Of a stretch of 64,000 nucleotides of DNA, positions 11,981 through 25,810 are shown piece by piece. Every line of letters starts with the position of its first letter. Positions within the stretch are counted from its first letter, which is position 1. The position numbers were made by a program, and so were the translations under genes. The notes beneath the pieces are model-generated. The model was given only the letters and a program-made list of their open reading frames with translations, was not told the origin of the DNA and searched no databases. The stretch is from Octopus vulgaris (Eukaryota): NCBI GenBank assembly GCA_951406725.2, contig OX597815.1, positions 138,694,001 to 138,758,000 on the forward strand, written 5' to 3'.

Positions 11981-13510
11981 CAGCTGCACTGGCCACATAA
12001 CGGAAGTATGATTTCTCAACCCTTTCATGTTTTGCAATCACTTTAGTTAGCTTTATATCGATGTAATATTTTATAATATGAAACTGTGTCTTTGAACATT
12101 TCAGCAATAAATATTTTTGAAAGAGAACAAAGCTATGATATCTTCTATGATTTATACGTTTTAGTATGGTTTATTAAACATCAAAGTTGCGCAACATTTG
12201 AAATTAGAAAAATATCACTTTCTATAAAATTACATCTCTAAAAGGGAAAAATCGAACTCTAAGATACCATTTTAAAAATGAAAACGATCAAATGGGATAT
12301 CAAAAGAATTCTTAATAATTGTTTCTTCCGGAGAGAGGAACCTTGAGTTTTATGTGTAGAAAGAATATGAAAGGCTATGACATTCGGGTTAATTTTTTAA
12401 AAGAATATTAAGGATATGAGATGAAGTAAATCAAGTTGAAAATTGAAACTATAAGTAAACGGCGTCCACTTATTTATTAATGATACGCGTAGATTTGATA
12501 AATCTATAAATTTAATCATTGTCCTAGAAAAGCTAGTGACTAGAAGTGGTTATACCAATGTTTTATTAACATTATGTCAAAAGTTAATTAGCAATAAAAA
12601 TCTAGTTTTCATATTGTGTATGATGATTATATACCTTTGAAAGAATATTTGCAGCTGTCTTATAGCGTAGATAGGTAAGTTCGAGTTACTTTTTCTATAC
12701 ATTTCTTAGTTCTACAATCTATGGTAGATAATGTGACATGGACGTATTTTACAATAACAGTTACTCGTAGATAATTACATCTCATGCTGAAACCACTTTC
12801 TTTCGTCTGAGCTAAAAGGTGTTAAAGATCAGTGAAAAAAAATATCACTGCCGAGTTTATGTATGTGATAAAAGATAGCTCAACATAGAGGAAAACTAAC
12901 TTCAAACTCTTGTGCTATTAGCTCGAGATTTTCCACCTGGAAGTATTTCGAATTTCTATAGGCGAGGAATTCAAAAGTAATTTCCTGGTTTACGATAGTA
13001 AAATAGTAAAATCTGAAGAACTTGTAGCGGTTTCTGCTAGTATAAGTAATGCATATAATTCAAATAGTGGAGTATATTTCATCCCACGATAAAAGAAAGA
13101 CGAATAACGTTTGCATGGAAAAAAAAATTAAAATGAAACAGTTCTTACGACTAGGACTCAAAACAGTCGTGGGCATAAAACAAAGAAGTAGATAATAGAA
13201 GTGACCTCGAGATTGGGATGTCAGGGGAAGGCAGAAAAAGCCAAAGTGAGGTGGTGAGCATAGTTTAGACGATATACGATGTGGAAGGAAATATGTTGTG
13301 TGTGAAGGGTATCCAAAGTTAATAGCTAGGTACAGTCAAGGGGAAATGACGTTCAATAGGTGATATGTGGTTTAAGAAGTAGTGCTTACCTAAAGTTGAG
13401 AAATCAAAGAAAAACAACGTATACACGATGACTAGACCTCACTCACACGTCCATGGAGGGAAAAAAGGAGGTCACAAGATAAATGGGCTATAGTCGTCAG
13501 GATGATTACT

Positions 13511-13694
13511 CTTTTACACTTTTACACTTTTATTTGTTTAAGTCCTTTGAATGCGGCCATTCTGGAGCACGATCTTTAGTAGAATAAATAGACCCCATGA
13601 TTTATTCTATCGGTTTCTTTTGCCGAACCGCTGATTTATGGGGCCGTGAACACACCAGCATCGGTTGTCAAGTGATGGTTGGGGGACAAACATA

Positions 13695-13766
<72 letters not shown>

Positions 13767-13881
13767 CGACGGGCTTCTTTCAGTTTCCGTCTACTAAATC
13801 CACTCACAATGCTTTGGTCGGCCCGAGAATACACTTGCCCAAGGTGCCAGATAATTAAGCTACTTACCACACAGCCACTCC
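13511..13881 (-). mobile_element. tRNA-derived SINE, family B (CORE-like), with internal (TA)n(TG)n
   Basis: Minus strand GGAGTGGCTGTGTGGTAAGTAGCTT...CACCTTGGGCAAGTG...GTAGACGGAAACTGAAAGAAGCCCGTCG; homologous to 42855-43175. Confidence 0.85.
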
Positions 13882-14560
13882 AATTAATAAAATGTTCTAA
13901 AAATTGGAGGAAAATTGAAAGGTTCTGGGAAACTCAAATAAGCAACATTGGTCAGAACTGTTACTGTTGTTAGCACAACATTCAAACAAATATGAAGCAA
14001 TAAAACTATAGCAGACTATACAAACAGCTAGGGAGAGTGCAAAAGGATGTTGTTGCGATAATGTTAAGAATTCATGATTACCTCTTAAGATGACAGAGAC
14101 ACCGATCTATCGCATTGCAAGTATATGCCAAGTATATGAATGATATCAAGAAATCCCAGAAAGGTGTTCTCAAAGGGAATATAAATGCAGTTTGGACAGG
14201 ATGCATGTTCTTATATGAGATGTGGGCCCTCCGCTGAGGGATGTTGTCATTTTTTAAAATTAATAAATAATAATTTATTAATTGCCTCTCTATTTTCTTA
14301 TTTTATTCAAATAAATAAATATATATAAACCACAGTTCATATAGTTACCTTACAGTTGAATATTAATTGTAACGTTCATCATTCTTTGTATAGATAACTA
14401 ACCAGCATTTTCATTGGATTTTACTATCCTTTAAGGAGGTTTATAACATTTATTGGTACTTTTATACATACATACATACATACATAGATACATACATAAC
14501 ACACACACACACACATACACACACACACACGCACACACACACATATATATATATATATAT

Positions 14561-15108
14561 GGTGGTTGGCCCCTTGTTATCGAATATGGCCATTGCACGA
14601 AGCTTAATCAATGCTGTTATCGTGCAATGCCTGTGCAAGAAGATTTATTTTAAAGTGAAGAAAGGCTGTGCACTGAGTCAATCCCACAAGCAACATCAGC
14701 CATAATCCGAAAAGAAGAACAAGTCAACATCATCGGTAACCACTGAGCCGCAAGTTTTATTTCGGAGTTATCCCAATTACCTGAGTTACCTTCTCCTAGA
14801 AGGATGCCCTAACAAAGTCTAGGAGTCCTTCACTCCCAATGGTTTAACCGCGCGATCGGGTATTCAGTCCGATTATTTCTATGTCCCCGCACATGATACA
14901 GCCTTAAGACATTTATTGGATGGCCGTTGACTCTCAAGAGCTCCTCCGCCCTTTGACGGGTTTTGCTTTTCATCTCGCAGGGTAACCAGTAAACACCTTC
15001 CTCACTAAGCAAGCCTGGTGGGGTTTCCGGTTTAGTCGCCGACGACCCTACCATGCAACAGGTTGTACTGGGTTACATGTTACTAGTAGCACTCGAAAGT
15101 GACCTGAC
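14561..15108 (-). mobile_element. Non-autonomous RTE derivative (RTE 5' UTR joined to RTE 3' end)
   Basis: Minus strand has RTE-5'UTR-like AAACCCGTCAAAGGGCGGAGGAGCTCTTGAGAGTCAACGG and TTAGGGCATCCTTCTAGGAGAAGG, and ends in RTE-like TTCGATAACAAGGGGCCAACCACC. No ORF; (TA)n on both sides. Confidence 0.6.
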
Positions 15109-15114
15109 ATATAC

Positions 15115-15198
<84 letters not shown>

Positions 15199-15242
15199 AT
15201 ATATATATACATGTATAAGCTTGTATATGCATTTATATGATG

Positions 15243-15276
<34 letters not shown>

Positions 15277-16962
15277 GGAATATAGTGAGAAACGCGTTTG
15301 CAACACGAGTGTCACTCTATGTTCTGTAACAGGCGGAAAAGAGACGACCAATGAAACCACCGATTTCTCTTTACGTGGCTTCTATTATGCCATCTATTGA
15401 AAGACCTATGACGATGGAGTAGTGGCGAGGGGTGTACACCTAACCAGCTGGAACTCCTCAGTAAGTTATGCATTTTCCCTGTCACCTATGTTACCTATAC
15501 TTAAAAACGTGCAGATCTGTAGTGAGATTGACTAGTCATCTGAGAAGCCACGGACAGAAAGTAAGAATTTCCATTGATACCAAGGAGGCACAGGGAGACG
15601 GCAATCATCAGTGAAGACAGACCAATCTCCATATGTATATATATACATAAATGTGTGTCTGTGTGCACGTGCGTGTGTGTTTATGTATGTATGTATCGAA
15701 TTTTCTATGATAAAAGGAAATATAATTTTGAATTCCAGCGATAAAAAATTTTTGTTAAGTTTCTATTCATATTTATTACGGAATTCTTCCTCCATAAACA
15801 ATAATAAAGAATATGTTTATTAGTTACTTTAAACAATCTTTTTTATGTCAATATCTTTAAATAAATAGAAGAGTTATTATATATTAAAGATACAATTATC
15901 ATTTATATTTTTTACACGTTTTATTACAGTTTCTAGTTTAAGTAAGATCCTAATACTTAATTATATACATATACATTATTGTTGTATGTTAGTATAATAG
16001 CGAAAGATTGTCTTCGATATAAACGAATTTGCTTTAATATTATTTGAAATATATAGAAATTATTCTTATTTAATTATTTTGTCCATTATAATTTTGTTGC
16101 TTTTAATTGTAATTGATATGTAGTTGAATGGCTAACGCTCATGCCAGTAGTACATAGGCATTTGAATTATTTTTTTACAATCCAGCCGTCCTTTCACACG
16201 GAATTTCGTCTATCTTCAAACCAATGGGCCGTGACGAAGTTTATATAAACGAACTGAATTGTCTATGTATCAGAAAATGTATATTAGTCGAAACAAATTG
16301 TTGGCGTTTTGGTTTTTTAATAATTGTTTGTTATCTTACATTATATTATATTCATAGTATATTATGATATATTGTAACATAAATAAATTATTAGATTTTC
16401 AACTGTATTTTTAAAATTTAATTTATTATTTAAAAATATATAAATATATATATCCGTATGAGATCGCCTGAAATTGTTAATCTGTTCTGAAACATAAAAA
16501 CGGCTGAAGGTTAAATGTACACGGTCAATGCATTGCAGAATCGAAAATATTAAAATGATGTATGGGCAGCTAAAAAAAAAAAGCGAATACTAATGTAGAG
16601 TCAACCCATATTAATAATTGAAACTTAAATTCCGACCTTTCATACCTAATATTATTTAGAATGTCTGTAATGCATAATTTTTCTGTAACATTTGTAGTAC
16701 ATTTAACCCTCATTTTAGAATTTGCTTCAGCTATCTGAAGAAATTTTTTATCGCAACATAGGGTACCTGGTCCAAGTATAGAGTCTTTTAAAAACCTCTT
16801 AAATAACATTTTAAACTTTTCAAATAATCTTTGATGAAGGAAATGTATATATTTGAAATGGGTACAAATTGCCCACCCATCATGAAATACCTTCCTCGAA
16901 AGGGCCGTATAAATTTGATCGGTGAACTTGAGTATTCGATTTTTTGAGCGAATTATATAGTA

Positions 16963-17320
16963 TATATTTTATATGATGAACTGTGAATATATTGAGGAAT
17001 ATTGAGGAAAATGTTTTTCAGTTGTCAATATCTCGAAAATTGCTTTTTCCTTGAAACCTACATTACTCTAAATTCTCTTAGCTCTATTGACTGAGCACTA
17101 ACTTATTGTTCTGTACAGGAAATTCACTTTATATTTTATATCTACATATTTATATATTTTATATATATATCCTATATTTTATATGATAAATTGTGCCTTT
17201 CAAAGAATATATTGAGGAAAATAATCTGTTGTGTTTGTCAATATCTCGAACGTTGCCGTTTCTTTGAAACCTACGTTACCTTACATTCTCTTAGCTCTAT
17301 TAACTGAACTATTAACTGAA
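16963..17320 (+). repeat. Diverged direct repeat, ~145-bp copies about 210 bp apart
   Basis: tatatttttatatgat...gtcaatatctcgaa...ttgaaacctac...ttctcttagctctatt at 16963-17105 and 17173-17320. Confidence 0.8.
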
Positions 17321-17327
17321 CGCTATT

Positions 17328-17374
<47 letters not shown>

Positions 17375-17375
<1 letters not shown>

Positions 17376-19610
17376 ATAGGGAAAAAGAATTTCGTGGAAA
17401 AGGTTTTGCCCACCTGATGAGTTCTAGGGAAAAGATATATAATAAACGATCAAAATGCACACAATTCATAAATTTCTAATATATTTTAAGGGAGAGAATA
17501 TTTTGATAATTGACCGGTTTCGCATTTCGCTAATTATGACAATGAAATTGGTGAAAATACTGCAATTGCGTATTTTCTTAAACCGTTTTAATCCATGTTG
17601 CTTGTATGAGACTTTGTTGGTAAATTAATCAGCATGTAGAAAACATTCAAGGCGAGTTAATTAGTGATTGTTATTATTCAAGACAGGGGGAGATAATTGC
17701 ACGGTTTTGGTGTGGGAACACTTTTTGGGGAGGGTAAATTTACATGAATTCGAGTTAAAGTAGTGAGATAAAATATGTACAGTACTGGCTATAGGTTCCA
17801 CAATCAAAATATTTACAAAAACCAAAATTGGTTATGCGTTAATATTCAGGTGTACCTTGTATATTTCAATAAATATATTTTCTTTATTTAATCGTTCTTG
17901 CACTAGTAGATGGGGAAAACCGTGAAGTTTGGTTGGAGATTCCCAGTACATCTCTCTATGTGTTCACTGAATGGTATCTGCCTATACCTTGAGAAACGGA
18001 TCTGATCATTATGCAGTGTAGTTTACTGTCTAAGTGACAACCTTGTTTGACGTGTATAGTTGTGTCCACACCCTGAACAAGTTATTGCATGCATAGGTGA
18101 AATTATTCTCAATTGTAAATCTCTGTGCTTGTTTAAAATGGAATTGCGAAACTTCTAGTAGGCTGGGGAATGTTCCAGAATTTGGACGTCCGCATTTTTT
18201 AACTATTGATTTCGTTATGGTTGGGTATGGCTTCTTATTTGTCAGTAGTCTTTTTAGTGATATAGGTTGTTTTTAAAATTTGTTGAATGTGTGTGTTTGT
18301 AGAACGTTCATCTTTGGATCTGTAGTGGATATTGGTAGAATTGGAATAATGGTGTTCTATGCCTCATTGTTTCTAGGGTTGTGTGTATATATATAGGGTT
18401 GTACTTTTATATGAGGTGTGGTATTTCGTTTTGTTGCCCTTAGTGTTTTGGTGTATATTTCCTTGGTACGTTTAATTCCATCATCGATAAATGAGCTTTG
18501 ATAGTGTCTCTCGGCTAGTGTTGTTCTGAAGTCTTGAAGTCGAATTATTTGTATCAGACACTATTGTGCAATGATTTTCGCTAATTTAAAAGGAATATTC
18601 TTTTGATGTGTTTCGAGTGGCATTAACTAAACAAACGATATTACTTTGTGCTCGTTGGTTTATGAGATACCGGTTTCAATTTTGTTATTGACTATATTTA
18701 TCAAAATATCTAGGAATGGGAGTTGTTCTTTGCTGTACTCCATTGTAAACTGAATATTTGGATATATATTATTTAGTAATGATTTAAAATAAAAATGTTT
18801 ATTAAAGGTTTTCATTCCGAATGGTACAGCAGTCATCCAGATATCTTTTCTAGTTCTCTCTTATATAATGGTTAGGTGGGTATCCATACTATTCTAGTGA
18901 TACTTCATGTATGGCTAATTCTAAATATCCCATTATTACGTTTGCAAGAACTGGGGCTGTTTTTGTTCCCATTGCAATTCCACATTAATATCAGGAGTGG
19001 GTGTCATCAAATACAAAGTTCTGAAGGAATAAAGTTTCAATAATAAAATCCTGGTTCATGCACTTTGGAAGTTCTTCGGGGTAATTTTCTAGCCAGAATT
19101 TGATTGGTTCTATTCTACATTTGTATGGGATATTGGTGTATGGAGTAACAGCATCGAAGGGAATCGTGATTGTTTCTTCATTAATTGATTTTGGTGGGTG
19201 GTTTAACATACCTAGAGTGTCTCTAATTAAAGTTTTGATATATTTCAAAAGGGGTTTCAGCAGGGTGTCTAGAAAGTTGCTAAGGCGTTGGGTTTCACAC
19301 GTTGGACTAGCAATAATGTGTCTTAACTTAAAATATTCAGGTGCTGGGATATTGATGTATATGACTGGTTACTGTTTGCAGGTTTCATTAATTATCTGGC
19401 TCTTCTGTATTTTAGCTAAGCTGTTGAAAAAACTAGGTTTATATATAATGTTCGTAATATAATCTATTTCCTGTCTCTCAGAACTTTTCCATATTATGAT
19501 TACAAGATTTCACATTGTTTTTTGTTGACTAGAGTTTTAAAATTTCACGTAGAATGTATCAGTTTCTAACATGGACAATACTAGATTTTTGTAGTATTTT
19601 GTGTCCACCA
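17375..19610 (-). mobile_element. Decayed Penelope-like element (RT, GIY-YIG endonuclease, 3' pLTR)
   Basis: Minus strand: KLRHIIASPTCETQRLSNFLDTLLKP, FDAVTPYTNIPY, CGIAMGTKTAP, KCGRPN, ITCSGCGHNY (GIY-YIG), and C-terminus RLNKENIFIEIYKVHLN*. Homologous to 50993-52210. Confidence 0.88.
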
Positions 19611-19611
19611 G

Positions 19612-19733
19612 GTCTACGACAGGCTTCCGTCTATTGAATTCACTCACACAGGTAAAAGAGACAAGACGAAAGTGTCACCTGTTAGGATTTAACCCGAAAC
19701 CACATGCTTTCAAAGCGAGCTTCTTAAACATAC
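19612..19733 (-). mobile_element. Degenerate family B SINE fragment
   Basis: cgacaggcttccgtctattgaattcactcaca...aaccacatgc resembles the reverse complement of family B. Confidence 0.55.
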
Positions 19734-19899
19734 AGATATGTATGTATGTATGTATGTATGTATTTATGTATGTATGTATGTATTTATGTATGTATGTATG
19801 TATGTATGTACGTATGCATGTATGTATGTGAATATGTGAAGCTGGTGTGTTGTTTGAGCTGTTGACGCACACTTCAAAGTGTGTGCATCTATTCATCTA

Positions 19900-20410
19900 A
19901 AAATGTCAGGTGGAGAATCTTTAGAGCATCTTTCATATCTGTGCTTCTAACATTGGTTTTGGAGAATTCGCGCCAGTTTCGTTTGTCCCTTCTTCCAAAG
20001 ACCTATTATTTCTGTTTCTTGTGTAAATTGGTAGGTACATAGACTGATGCATCTATGGTAGCAGGTACAAATGAGAATTTAAAGTCAGGGTACAAAAGAG
20101 TTGTACAAAAGAGTTCGCATTAATTCACCATAAATGACCTCTTTTTCTTGGATTTTTGGTGGTACATTCACATCCGGTGGGCAGCTAACCTCTACAACAG
20201 TGGATAACTTTTGTTTCCTGCCCCACAGAACAATAACTGCTCTGTTATTTTTGCATTGAATTGCTGTTTTTTATGGAGTGTTCTATTAGTATACCTTGTT
20301 TTTAAAGGTGTGAATACATACTGGTCCAGACATGTATTTGATATATACGCCAGGGCAATCCATCCCGTGGATAGTATGGTAAATATCTTTGCAAATACAC
20401 CATGCCTAAG
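19900..20410 (-). mobile_element. R4/Dong-type non-LTR retrotransposon 3' fragment (restriction-like endonuclease)
   Basis: Minus strand KTAIQCKNNRAVIVLWGRKQK / TVVEVSCPPDVNV...QEKEVIYGELMR / LYPDFKFSFVP. This matches the RPD...VEVSCP...K..K...Y..L endonuclease pattern, with the PD motif decayed. Confidence 0.7.
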
Positions 20411-21789
20411 GAGCAAGTGTGTGTGTGTATGTATGTATATATGTATGTATATGTGTGTGTGTGTGTGTGTGGGGGGGTTTATGCGTGTATGTATATGTAA
20501 ATGCATGCACGTATACATACAGACAGACTCATATACATACACAAACAAACAGATACATACCCACACAGATATATGCACCTATATATGCACCTATATATGC
20601 GACTATCTACCGTTAGCTAGTTCAGAGGAAGGGGAATTGAAGATAGTGGCATATAGAGAGAAATTTTCATTGTTGCTGAATGAATAGTTTTGCTTTAAGG
20701 GGAATATAAAGATGTTGCAAAATTGAAGAACATCCTTCTGGCGTGTGAACAAGGAAAGCTAAGTTTACCAGGCATGAACGCTAAGATAAGGACGGGGCCA
20801 GCACGAGGCCGTTCGAATTGTAAGAAATAGCAATCGCATCTTCTTTATAACAGATGGTACCGTCTTAAGAAGGGAGACTCTACATAATAGGATCTTGGTT
20901 CCTATGCACAGAGGAAAAGACGGATGGGTCGTGGCTAGAATGTCATTCATCATGAGAGTGTTTAATGAGGTGTTACCTTGAATTACAATACCAAGAGCAA
21001 CATCTGTGTATCACTCTTGTGTAGCAAAGCACGATTATTTAAGTAATAGACAAACCGCATGTCTAATTTCCTACATTATTGTAGGAAATTGTATCTGTGT
21101 CCAGTTATTTTGTCCATTATTTCTGTAATTACACCTGTAACCACCTAGAATTTTTCGAATGTCATAAAGTTTTACTGGACTCGCTAAATAGTGATTATCC
21201 CCAGAGACATGTTCTGTACTTTCGCCTATTCCCTTCAGAATTGTGTTGTGAATCAATCCTTCGTTTCATACAATATGAAATTCATCCTTTAAGAAGCAAT
21301 TATTTACCGATGAAATATTACAATGTAGCGTTTTCACATCAAATTTTATTTTAAGTGATGAGGATCAAACACGAAATAAAGGCTGACTTAACAAAAATCT
21401 TTGAGAAAGACATATAGTGAAATTCTAAAAAAACAACTAAAATCTAACTGTAATAAGAAAAGTTAAAATTTTATAACATGTTGCAAAACAAAAAGAAAAG
21501 AAAAGAAAAGAAAAAAATCCCCTGCATCGTTACTACCTGACAAAACAGAAGAGAATGGAGAGAAGAAAAATACTTGCACTGCATAAAATGCATAGGACAC
21601 GAAGTTGAAATAAAAATGGTTTTGATCATGAAACAATATCAGTTCCTTTCCATCTAAAGTTAATGGCTACTATAAAACGTAATTGCCTAGTTTCTAGCTT
21701 GTAAAGCTTAACAAAACAGAATATATCAACATTAACGAATGAATACATGCACGCATACGTACATACATACATACATACATATGAGTATA

Positions 21790-21868
<79 letters not shown>

Positions 21869-21874
21869 TCTTTT

Positions 21875-22100
21875 ATTCTTTTACCCGTTACAGTCATTCT
21901 TTTATTCTTTTAGCTGCTACAGTCATTTGACTGCGGTCATGCTAGAGCACTGCCTTTGGTCGAGCAAATCGACCCCAGGACTTATTCTTTGTAAGCCTGG
22001 TACTTATTCGATCGGTATTTTGTTTATCGAACCGCTAAGTTACGGGGACGTAAACACACCAGCATCTGTTGTCAAGCGATGTTGGGGAGACAAACACAAA
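21875..22100 (-). mobile_element. Family B SINE 3' half
   Basis: cagtcatttgactgcggtcatgctagagcac...gtaagcctggtacttattc...ccgctaagttacggggacgtaaacacacc. Confidence 0.8.
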
Positions 22101-22564
22101 TACACATACATGCACACACATATATATACACAGACTTTGTATAGCTGTATAGCATAAACATTGAACAAAATATACTGCGAAGCTTTGAATATAAAAAAGC
22201 AGTATATTTGTTAAAAGCAAATACTTACTATAATGTTAAAGAAATGCAATTCTGTCAAACTTCAGTTTTTAAGAACAAAATTCGAAAATTTTATTGAACG
22301 GTGGGTATGAACAATATTGAAGTAGATAGAATAGCCAGAAAAGAAGAAATTAAAAGAAAATTTGGAAACTTAAAAGAAGCTAGAATAATATGTAACACTA
22401 CGAAATGAAAAACCATCATCAATATTCTCATTTTTCTTGAAAACCACTTGAGCAAATTGAAACGGAAATTTTTTAGAATAACTAAACAAAAAAAAAATGA
22501 TATTCAAAAAGCGAGAGCATTGTGAGAATATCATATCAAAAATATGCAATAATAATAATGATAA

Positions 22565-22770
22565 TTGTTTCAAATTTGGCACAAGGCCATTAGTTTTAGA
22601 GGAATTGATCAATTACATCGACCCCCGTGCTCAACGGATACTTAATATATTGACCTTGAAGGAATGTATGATAAAGTCGATCTCGGTGTAATTTGAATAT
22701 AAAAATCCAGAAGTAATACTGCTAAGCAGATTGTGTTATGCATTAACAATTTCGCACTCTCCCTGCCTTA
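22565..22770 (-). mobile_element. Degenerate family A SINE
   Basis: ttggcacaaggcc...attacatcgacccc...ataaagtcgatctcgg...atttgaa. Confidence 0.6.
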
Positions 22771-22899
22771 ATAATAACAGTAATAATAATATTCTTACTA
22801 ATTGTAGCACAAAGCTTGTAATTTTGAGAGGAGAGGGCGAGTAGATTACAGCGATTACATCTCCTCACTCTCCTTCCTACAGCTTCAGGAAATGCTCAA

Positions 22900-25810
22900 A
22901 CTAGGCTCTTTAAATCGGATCTCTCATGCTGCATTCACCAACCTTTCAATAATTTTGTTGGAAGGCAATATTTCCCTCTCCACCCTCGCTTTTCTGTTCA
23001 GCGGGAACTTGAAAAAGTTGACGACGGCCTGGCTAAAGGTGTCTGTTTTCAGCCCTTTCAGTTTCATCTACCACATAATCTCTTTTCTAAGACCGGCAGA
23101 CAGATAAACTCTGCTCTATTCGATCAAAAGAAGGCAGCAAGATAGTCTTCACAATGGACTCGGATGATAGTCGGATCCGTCTTATATCTGTCAGCAGGTT
23201 TTCGACTTAACTCCACAAACCAGCAATACTCAAACACTGGAAGAATTCCTGCGACCAGTTTCGTCGCTCTGCACACATCGCGGGAAGGCTCGGCTGACAG
23301 CACTTCCATATTTGCAGACTTTATCTCGAACAATGCCCCTGATAGCACTGCCAGGCTAGATATTTCTGAACGTTATCCACGGGCCATCGTGTGCAAGTCC
23401 CCCAGAACAGAGCAGCTAGTTGATTCTCGTCAATGCCCCGAGTCTTCTTGAAAACATCATTGCTCCTGTCAAAGAGTAAGGTACAGAAAAGCGAGTCTAA
23501 CACACTGCGACCACGCCTTCTCGCCGCCAAGGAAGCGCTAAAAACATCGTAGTCTCAGAATACCTCACGGCCCATTTCTGAGTGAGATTCTCCATCATAC
23601 TCGTCACCGCATCCTCCTTCTTCTCCAGTTAAAGATCTGGATCAAAGAATATCCGAATCAATTTAACTGTTCCTTCAGTAAGCGTTCTGCGACACATTTT
23701 GACAGTACGGATCTGTCTCTTCGAGTGCCTCTTTGCATGTCCAATTACTTTTCTTGGTTGATTTGTCTCTTTTCATTACTTTAGAGCAGTGCCAATCACC
23801 GGTGTATGTTTAGTATCCAACACTATGAGGATGGCGGCGTCCGCTTATCCCGACAAGTTTATCTCACATCGAAGTCCTCACAGGATTCCTCTCACAATTC
23901 CAGTTTCTACTGTAGCGATTCTCACGTGAGTACACACAGAAAGGGCATTAGGGGATGTCTTTGAGGGTCCGAGTGCATAATACTGATTTCGTTCCAATTT
24001 GTGACTATTCACCCGAACCACCTAGCAGGTGTCGCTATACATTGCAGTAATCCGACAGCAGAAGACGAAACCAAAACCTGCCGCCGTAAGGAGATCCGTC
24101 AAGTTTTGGTGGTCGACCTTAGCAAAAGCTAAATTATTTACGTCTCTACGATGAATTGCACGAATTGGAGGTTGTCGTAGAAGGTTGAAAGATCTATTTG
24201 GGATGGTGCATGCTTGTGCATTACCTGTTAGACCATCGATGAGAAGTGCCAACATCTTTGCTTACACCTTCGCCAAAACTTTGAAATCTAATTGGGCCTA
24301 AAATACCAATTAGATCTTTGTTTTGGTCTTTTCTTAGCATTGCTATCACCCTTCAGCTCACAGGAAATGGGAATTCTCCCATTCTGCTGCTGGCAGATAT
24401 CTACCAAGAGTTATTCAAACAAGTTTGATATATAAACTGAAAGCTAATGGGACAGACCATCCAAATGAAATGATTTGAGCCCATTCAACTAATCATTGCT
24501 TGCCGTATCTACGTGGCTTTTATCAGTTTTTCGCCGCACCCTACCGCTCATGTCGGCAGTGGCGTTAGATCATAAAGCTCAACATTGAAATCCATCTTGC
24601 CTTTCGATTCATTATTCGTCCCGATCAAGCGTTCGCAGTGGCTCTGAAAAGCCGCACATATCTATTAAAGGTTCAGTAGCATGCATCCTTTAAGACACAC
24701 CAAAGATCGAATTGTGGCATTGTTTACACAATGTACCGGCTTTCGTCCCCTTGTATCTTCGAGAAATTGTTTTAGTTCTGACAATGTAGCCTTTGTGCTT
24801 CGCGTCGAAGATTTGACCGAGGGTCCAATCCCACGCCGATTGCAATGCTATAAATATCAGTGGAATTCATAAACAGACTGTCAAGTGGAGCGCCGCTTTA
24901 AAGCTTCAAGCAAAGTCACCTTCTATTCTATATTTTTCTATCGGTACAGCCTTCTTAAATCTAATCAATTCTACTCTATTGCCTTTTTAATGGCAAACCA
25001 CCATAAACAAATTCACTAATACAGTTTCCGTAATCTTAGCTCACCGTGAGTGACACGTTCAGCTTCCAGCGACCGATTCCCCAGCCTTAGAAGCATACCT
25101 ACGTCGAATGTACACATCAGAAATTTGTTGTTTCTGTATAGTCGATGATTTTAAAATGTGGATAATCTATACCATCTTTATCTACTGGCCTATAAAATTC
25201 CTTATCTTGGTCTACAACCTGCATGAACCTAAGTAATTCATCCATGTCCACCTTGGCGTATTTGTCAAATGTATTTGGCATATCTCAGCAACTGGAAACT
25301 TCTGAGCAGGTTTGTGAGACTTTAGAAACCCCTTCGCATGTCGGCTACCCCTAAAAAATCCAGCTGAGTATCCAACGTGTCGTTTCAGTCGTCCACTAGC
25401 ATTCAAGATCAGAACGTTGTCAAGAAAACCTTCAGACGCCTTAAGAAATCAAGCAGTTCTACTCCTGTCAGGGATGTTTACGCATTGACAGGATCAGAAT
25501 TCTGAAGGCACTCCTTCACTGTTGCTCACATCCATAACCAACAGCTTAGCTTTTGGTTCCAGAAGATGGTAGGTATTGTAAGATCCTGAATCTTCCGAAA
25601 CAACATAAAGATCTCATTCCCATTCCTGGTAGACTTGGAGATAAGTAGATCCAATATCCACGGAAAATAGGCATGAAAGTTGGTAGATCGGTAAATCTGA
25701 TCGCGTTGATGGCGACCATATCCATCTCTAGTGATCAAAAGTTGCTGAGTATGTAGTCCTGCATCTAAAGTGAGCCTACAACACGTGCATTTACACCGCA
25801 TGTCCTAACT
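22900..25810 (-). mobile_element. Decayed L1/Tx1-clade LINE ORF2 (APE endonuclease and RT)
   Basis: Minus strand: PRWTWMNYLGS (endonuclease), LALLIDGLTGNAQACTIPNRS, AFAKVDHQNL...AAGFGFVF, decayed YADD near 23840. Many stops and indels. Confidence 0.75.
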
